DNA of 64,000 nucleotides from the human T2T-CHM13v2.0 reference genome, Homo sapiens. Numbering within the stretch: position 1 is the first letter of the stretch; each line of letters begins with the position of its first letter. The notes beneath the pieces are model-generated. The model had not been told where the DNA came from, did not search any database, and was given only the letters and a program-made list of their open reading frames with translations. Of the stretch, positions 57,325 to 64,000 are shown in pieces. The stretch lies in the NCBI RefSeq assembly GCF_009914755.1, contig NC_060931.1, one strand, 5' to 3'. The translations under genes were made by a program, and so were the position numbers.

Positions 57325-58719
57325 CCAATGAATCAATTTAATAGCAAAATACGTGCAACAATAGGCACGTGACCGCAGGATCCACTGCTCTGACCATGTA
57401 CTTCATATACTTTCCACACAGAAGCAACTGGCCTATGAGAACAGTGAATGGCCTGTGGAAAACTGAGCCAAGATCAGTCAATGGCCAACATATGGTGCCA
57501 CGTTCCCAACAGCTAGAGTAAGTGCATCTGAGAAGTCAGGGGTGGAAGTGGGATTGATCCTTCTCCCCATCACTTCCAGGAACCCCTTTTGGAGTCTGTG
57601 CTTTCTGTCCCTGTCAACACAGGCTCTGCTTGGTTAAAAGGCCTGGTTCCAGGGGAAACTGCGTCCCCAGGGTGACAGGACAAAGTAAGGGCTCTGTGGA
57701 AACGTAAAGGTCAACTCCCACCCGGCTCAAGTGAACTCACAAGGAAAGCAAGGACTTACTGCCCTTATGGATTACTGCTGGGAACTTGGGGTGCTGCCAC
57801 ACCACGCACACAGAGGGAATGTGTCTGAAATATTAACTGCCATGTTAGGAACTTTGACTACTGGGGCTGGGAGTTGGCAGGTTAAATTCTTCTCTCTTCC
57901 TCTCTCCTATCTCCCTGCACTGACTCCCCTGAGACCAAGTGGTGCTTGGCTACTCTGAGTGTGGCCTGTGAGACTTAAAGGATGGCCCTTGATACTGAGT
58001 AGTGGCCAATGTGGGGATGCATCTCCTATTTGTCCTCCCCCAATCCAACCTCCCTCCTATTCTCCCCAACTCCTGCCAGCCTGGGCTTGTCCTCCCTGAT
58101 CAAGTATCCCATGTATACTTTGGCTTCAGCCTTTGCTTTCCCAGAAACCCAGGTCAAACCAGCATAACATGGCGAGGAGGGCATGCAATCCTGGAGACAG
58201 AAGCGGTGTAAGGGTTCAATGTTCTGCAGATGAGGACTTCAGCAGTTTATATTAATATAAAATCTTGCTTTCTTTCTACCCACAACGAACTCATATTTCA
58301 GGAGTGACATTTTGAAGGGATATTATGTTATCGGTGGTTCATATATCTTCCTCTAGATCTTAGCCACTCCTCATTCCCTTGTCCCCACCCAGGCTTCCAG
58401 GACACTGTTTCCAGCACAAACTTTGATGACAGCAAGTCCTCACTTACCTGGAAGTTGACATAATCTTCCTTCAATGAGAGGTGACTGAGGGATGCTGTGT
58501 TGGAAATTGAGGAGGAAGGAGCTGTGGTGTCATACTGACAATGCCAGTCAGAGCCAAGGCAGCCCACTCACACCTCTCTGGGACCCACAGGGCAGCTGCA
58601 AACCAAAATTCAAAAAGGACAAGTTGGGCCGTCAAGCCCCAGACAGCCAGGTATACCTCATGCTAAAGCTTATGATCTTGTCTGCGGAAAGAATATGGTT
58701 TTCTAGGTTAGAATTCCAA

Positions 58720-58890
58720 CCCTTCCAGGTTAGAATCCAGCATCTGACCTTTATGAGCTGTGTGACCCTAGGCAAGCTCCTCAACCATTCTTATTTAGGC
58801 AACCTTTTTCACAGAGGTGATTTGAGCTTTAATGAGATGATATATGGAGAGCACCTGACACACACGAATAACTTAAGAAATATAAATGCC
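58720..58890 (+). mobile_element. MIR
   Basis: gagctgtgtgaccctaggcaagctcctcaacc. Confidence 0.65.
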
Positions 58891-59309
58891 CTCTTCAAAC
58901 AGGAGTGGGGTGGAAACATCAAGGAGTATTATGGATTGTATCCAGAAACCAGAAATAAGGATGAGTTCTTAGACATTAGACCAGATGATATCTGCCTCCC
59001 ACTGCTATCATGCGAACGAGCATATTATTCACGGAGCCCATTGCCTGATACTTGATAAGTAGATGCTCATTGCTGTTATCCAATGGTGAATTCTCTCACA
59101 GTCCTGCATAAAAGTATGCAATGAACAGGGAGCCCTGTGGCTTGCTGAGCTGGTGCAGATCAATAGGACAGGTTCAAGTCCTCCTCTTCCACTATGGCCA
59201 TGATGCATTATAAAGAACCATTGGAAAAAGACTTGGAGGAAATCGTGTCAGCTTGAGCACACCCTTATCAAATCAGAACAGCGGGACAGACCCTGTGAAG
59301 TAGGAAGGT

Positions 59310-59470
59310 AGAGTCAGACCCTTGGGGACCAATCCTGGAGCCTTAGGTTTCTAGCTTTGTAAACTTGGGTAAATTACTTAACCTTTCCCTTCAATTTCCT
59401 CATCTGTAAAATAAACATGACTTCCACCTCATGGGTGGTTGTGAGGATTAAATGCAAGAAATAGACATGA
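59310..59470 (+). mobile_element. MIR
   Basis: ttgggtaaattacttaacc...tttcctcatctgtaaaat...gttgtgaggattaaatg. Confidence 0.75.
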
Positions 59471-59860
59471 AGTCACTGGAAGAGTAGAGGGTCCACGGTA
59501 GCCTTTTAGGAGGCAGATGGTGCAACTCTGTTAACGGAGAGAAGGATGAAGTTTTGTGGAATCTACTGGAAGGAAATGAAGATCCTTCACAAATCCCCTC
59601 AAAATTTTCAAAATTGATGGTTTAGACATCCAAGTTTCCTCTCTGGTTCTTTAGCTGAAAGTTGTCTGAAATAATATGATCTCATAGCTCCTGAACATAG
59701 TTGATGGGATCTGTTTTTCATGACACTGTGTCCATTTGCATCCTCCAAGATGTGAAAAAGCATTTGGTAATATTCTCCCCTGCAGGTTTCCTGAAATGTA
59801 GATAGACTCTGCCAGCAGGGGTGTGATGGACGGTAAGCCACACCAAGGACACTGGCCATC

Positions 59861-60620
59861 TGTATTAATCAGGTCCTTTTCTTTCTGAGATTTTTGATAC
59901 TTTGACATCTGGGGTTTTGGTGACTCTCAACTACCCTTCCCAGGGCTAGATGGAATGACTTCCTGCCTTGCATATGCAAACCAACCAGGCCAGAACCCTT
60001 ATCTTCTTTATGGAGACCTTCTTTATCGAGCTCTTACACTCTGGTCCACTATGTACCTGTCCTCATCCCCCAGGTCAGGTACCAGGCAATTAAGGGCAAT
60101 TAAAATCTATGCCTCAGGGTGGATCACTTGAGGTCAGGAGTTCAAGACCAGCCTGGGCAACATGGTGAAACACCATCTGTACTAAAAATACAAAACTTAG
60201 CCAGGTGTGGTGGCACATGCCTGTAGTCTCAGCTACTCAGGAGGCTGAGGCACGAGAATCACTTGAACCCAGGAGGCGGAGGCTGCAGTGAGCCGAGATT
60301 GCACCACTGCACTCCAGTTTGGGTGACAGAGCGAGACTCCGTCTCAAAAAAAAAAAAAAGATTCTATGCCTCAGAATCTGTTGAAAAATTTCAAAGTAGC
60401 CAATCCTAAGCCACTTGTTTTTCTGGTTCCTTCCTGTGGAAACCACACCAAAGGCCCCTGCCCACACTTCCCCAGCTCCTTTGGCCTCCTGGTGGACCCT
60501 GGTTCTTCCCCATGTGACCTGCATGGTGTGTCATGCTTCCGGCTTCTAGGAAACTCTGAGTATCAATATCTTCCTTCATGACAGTCATTTCAATGTCTAT
60601 ATGTCTTACCTGATTTACCC
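59861..60620 (+). mobile_element. MER74/MER54-group ERV-L LTR interrupted by an Alu
   Basis: tgacatctgggg...gcatatgcaaaccaacc...agccaatcctaag...ttcctgtggaaaccac. Confidence 0.6.
60118..60359 (+). mobile_element. 5'-truncated AluS
   Basis: starts ggtggatcacttgaggtcagg; TSD tctatgcctcag. Confidence 0.92.
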
Positions 60621-61073
60621 TTGTGACACATTAATTAGCTTCTCTGCCCTTTAGGGACAGAAGGGCACATATATAATTAAAGTGAAACTAAGAAAACCAT
60701 ACTTTGTGGAACAGCCAGACATTTCAATTACATTCTGCTTCCAAGTGCCAAACATCACAGCTGAGACTCAGGTCTACAGAGACCCCTGCATCTTTATCAC
60801 CTTTCAATATCTTGTCTACACTGGCATGTGTTGATGGCTCCCTAAGCTGGCTCTCCCACTGGCTGCAAGCTTCTTGAGGATAAAGTTCCTAGTTTTATTC
60901 AATTTCTGTCTTCCTTATGTTGTAGAGAGTCCAATACTCAATAGGCCCAGAATGCATGGTTATGAAATGAATGATTGGAAGACTACGGTTCCATTGCTCT
61001 GGTGTCACGCCCACCCCAAGCCCTGATGAATGTGTCACCATCATTGCAGATAAGTCTATTAGTCTGCTCCGGC

Positions 61074-61907
61074 TGTGGGGTATAATCAAAAGTATGTTTG
61101 GTCTCTGTCCCAGGTTCCTGTCCCACAGCTCCTTGAACTCTGGAAATTGCCTGAGTGATGAGTGTCTCTTGTTATTCATAATGAGCCCCTTTGGCTAACA
61201 CTCAGGTGTTAGCCAAAGGCATAATGCTCAGGCGGTGATTTGGGGTGGGGTCCCTATGTAGCCTCAGGCTGGGACCAGTCACTCAAAAGACCAAGTGATC
61301 AGAAAAATAGAGGGTTGGAACTTTCAGCCCCATCCACCAACTTCCAAAAAGTTGGGGGAGCTGGAGATTAAGGTCAATAAAAACTCTTGAACAATGATGT
61401 TTGAGGAGCTTCTGGATTGGAGAATACATCCCTGTGCCGAGAGGATAGTGGACTCCCACTCCACGAGGACAAATGTTTCTGCACTCAGGACCCTTCCAGA
61501 CCTTGCCCCATGTACCTCTTTATTCCAGTGGCTATCTTTATCCTTTATAATAAATCAGTAAACATAAGTTAAGTGTCTCCCTGAGTTCTGTGAGCCATCC
61601 TCCTAAATTATTGGACCCATGAGGGCAGTCATGGGAACACTAATTTATAGCATGTTGGTCAGAAGCACAGGTCACAGCCTGGGCCTTGTGATTGGCATCT
61701 GAAGCCGGGTTGGGGCGGGGTGGGGACAGCCCTATGGGACTGAGCCCTTCTCCCATGGGATCTGATGCTGTCTCCAGGTAGATAGAATGGAACTGAATTG
61801 TAGGACATCCATTTGGTGTCCACTGGATAATTGCTTGGTGTGTAGGAGAAAACCCCACACACCTGGTCACAGAAGTGTTCTGTGTTGTGAGAGGATAGGA
61901 GCAAACA
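61074..61907 (+). mobile_element. MER21-type ERV-L LTR
   Basis: tttggtctctgtcccaggttcctg...gggttggaactttcagcc...ggagaaaaccccacacacctggtcacagaagtg. Confidence 0.8.
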
Positions 61908-62303
61908 GTGCGCATTCCTCAGAGGCTGCTGCAACAAAGTCCCCCTAAGTGGGTACACTTAAACAACAGACACTTATCTTCTCACAGTTCTGGAGGCTTA
62001 GAAGCCCACTGTCAAGGTGACAGAAAATTGTTTCTGGTGGGGCTCCTTTCCTGGCCTGTGATGCCCCCTTCTCACCACTATGTCCTCCCATGGCCTTTCC
62101 TCTGGGTTCCTGCAGTGAGAGAGAGTGCTCTGCGTCTCTTCCTTTCTCACAAGGACTGCAGTGCTATTGAATCAGGGCCCCCCCTTGATGACCTCATTAA
62201 CCTTAATTGCCTCCCTAAAGGCCCTACTGCCAAATACACAGTATCCTCAGGGATTAGGGCTTCAACGGATGCATGGGGATGGAGTGCAATTCAGTCCACA
62301 GCA
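61908..62303 (-). mobile_element. MLT1A/B solo LTR
   Basis: ggctgctgcaacaaa...tctcacagttctggaggc...gcaattcagtccacagca. Confidence 0.78.
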
Positions 62304-63726
62304 ATAAGGAATCAAGAGACGGTTTGCAGTCCCAGAGCTGTAACATGCTGGTGGGTCGTGCTCATTTGTTAAGAGTGGCAAAGTTTGATGCTAGTAAAGC
62401 ACCAAAGTTTGTGGATGATTTACTAACAAACAACTAGAATAGCCCCTCCATCACATCCCATCATTAACCTGCATACCGTGATATACTCCTGGGTTACAGA
62501 AGCTGCCTCTGGAATTGTGTATAACTTTATAAAACTTCATATTGCCCAAGGCAGGGGGTCCTGTAAGGAAGCGTCATCACATGTCGTGGCGGATACAATA
62601 TTGAGATCTCCAGGCTTAGCAGACCACGAGTGCTGCGTGCTTCGCGATGGAAACAGGTGTGAACCTGAGATGGCAGTGATCACATGAGTGGGGGCCTGTT
62701 GATGCAAATGTTGAGTCAGCTACTTGGACACTGTTCGTTTTTAGCAGGGTATTCCTCACAGCATGCTAATTGTCATTATTATTCTTGTCAATGTTTTTTT
62801 GGCTAAGGAAATAACAAGGAAGCAGATTCTGAAATTGGACACAGGATTGGTAAAAGTCCTGTGCACATTGGCAGGTACAGCAATGGGACTTTCCAAACGC
62901 TCTTTCTACACAAATTCTCTTGCCAGCTCAGCGCTTTGAATAGGACGTATCCTGAGGGAATGTTTCCCAGATCCACAGGGAGTGGCCCTGGTACGTTCTA
63001 GTATATGGAGCTAGATTGCTCCCTTTAAAATAGTTGTTTTGAATTAGAAATAGCCTTATGTGCTAACATGATACTAATACCTTTGATATCTCTGTATTTC
63101 TGTTACTATTTTATTTCCAGAAACATAATTCAAACCTTTTACTTGTTTAGTTTTCCACTGCAATTTACTGATAAAGTATGCTGGCTAAATTGCTTATGGT
63201 TTATGTTTTACAGTGACTAACTTTCTAGCTCCTAAGAGCGTTGGTATTATTGCAGAAAAACCTATAGCACAAAGGGCCTGAGCTTCCATTGGGAATCTTG
63301 GGGTAGGTATCTTAACCTCTCAAAATTATGCTGACCTCATATGTATTGGATAAACAATTATTCATTTTCTCACTCAACTCACACATTTATTTATTAATGC
63401 AAGGAGTTTCCATTGTATCTATCGATAACCCACTGTCATCCACTACCTTTGACTCCATTCATTTCTATAAGGAGAACAGCCACAAGGGTTCTCAAATTCT
63501 TTGTAGTGAAAGATCAGTTTGATTTTTATTTTTGACTCATTGCAGATTAATCTTTTTATAAAGTAAAATAGAAATAAATTACTAAAAAAAGATGCAAATG
63601 ATAAATCCCAACTTCTAATTATTAGGTTCAACATACATTCAATAGGTATAATTACCATAACTATGCCACAATTGCTCTGAAAGTTTCTGAACATTGTCAA
63701 TATACATCTCAATTGCAGCTTGGTAA

Positions 63727-64000
63727 CTGATGGTTTGGATATTCATCCCCTCTAAATCTCATGTTGAGATGTAATCTCCTGTGCTGGAGGTGGGGCCTGG
63801 TGGGCGGTAGTGGATCATGGGGGTGGACCCCTCACGAATGGCTTAGCACCATTGTCTTGGTGATGAGTGAGTTCACGTGAGAGCTGGTTGTTTAAAAGTG
63901 TGTGGCACCTCCTCTCTCTATCTCTTGCTCCCTTTTTTGCCATGGGACGTGCCTGCTTCTCCTTCACCTTCTGCCACGATTGTAAATTCCCTGAGGCCCG
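63727..64000 (+). mobile_element. MSTA/B solo LTR, truncated by window edge
   Basis: tggtttggatattcatcccctctaaatctcatgttgagatgtaatc...ggaggtggggcctggtgg. Confidence 0.85.

Larger units (their letters stand above)
56150..57700 (+). mobile_element. decayed ERV-L internal (pol/integrase) remnant, split by two MaLR LTRs
   Basis: fragments translate AEHPTCQ*QGP..G.VP*GDQLVTWRKVNGIGHLPPW (cf. ERV-L AECPICQQQRP..GTIPRGDQPATWWQVDYIGPLPSW); after 57370 HTEATGL..NGLWK and GVEVG..L.IT..P; many stops and frameshifts. Confidence 0.75.

Noticed and set aside
58492-59055. 187-aa ORF
   Set aside because: Runs through a MIR; no recognisable domain or splice context; consistent with chance.

Overview
Primate (very probably human) non-coding euchromatin. 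About half of the window is recognisable interspersed repeat (Alu, L1, L2, MIR, MaLR/ERV LTRs, hAT and Tigger MITEs). I see no intact protein-coding gene, RNA gene, CpG island or CRISPR array, and the ORF track is essentially chance or repeat-derived ORFs. The only gene-derived sequence is a full-length processed RPL39 pseudogene (minus strand, ~40659-41055), plus a decayed ERV-L integrase remnant (~56150-57700). I found no new biological system in the gene/operon sense. The most unusual signals are traces of local rearrangement: (1) a multi-segment templated insertion inside an L1 (13142-13330), built from direct, inverted and 2.3-kb-distant copies of local DNA; (2) a ~197-bp, ~92% identical inverted repeat with a 175-bp spacer (53965-54534); (3) a local MIR/MER3 duplication (28308-29147); (4) two different MaLR LTRs sharing one 5-bp target site (56522-57329); (5) a three-level MST>AluSp>MER11 nest (41906-43731). 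Repeat subfamily names come from my recall of consensus sequences and need RepeatMasker/Dfam confirmation. Identities were counted by eye.
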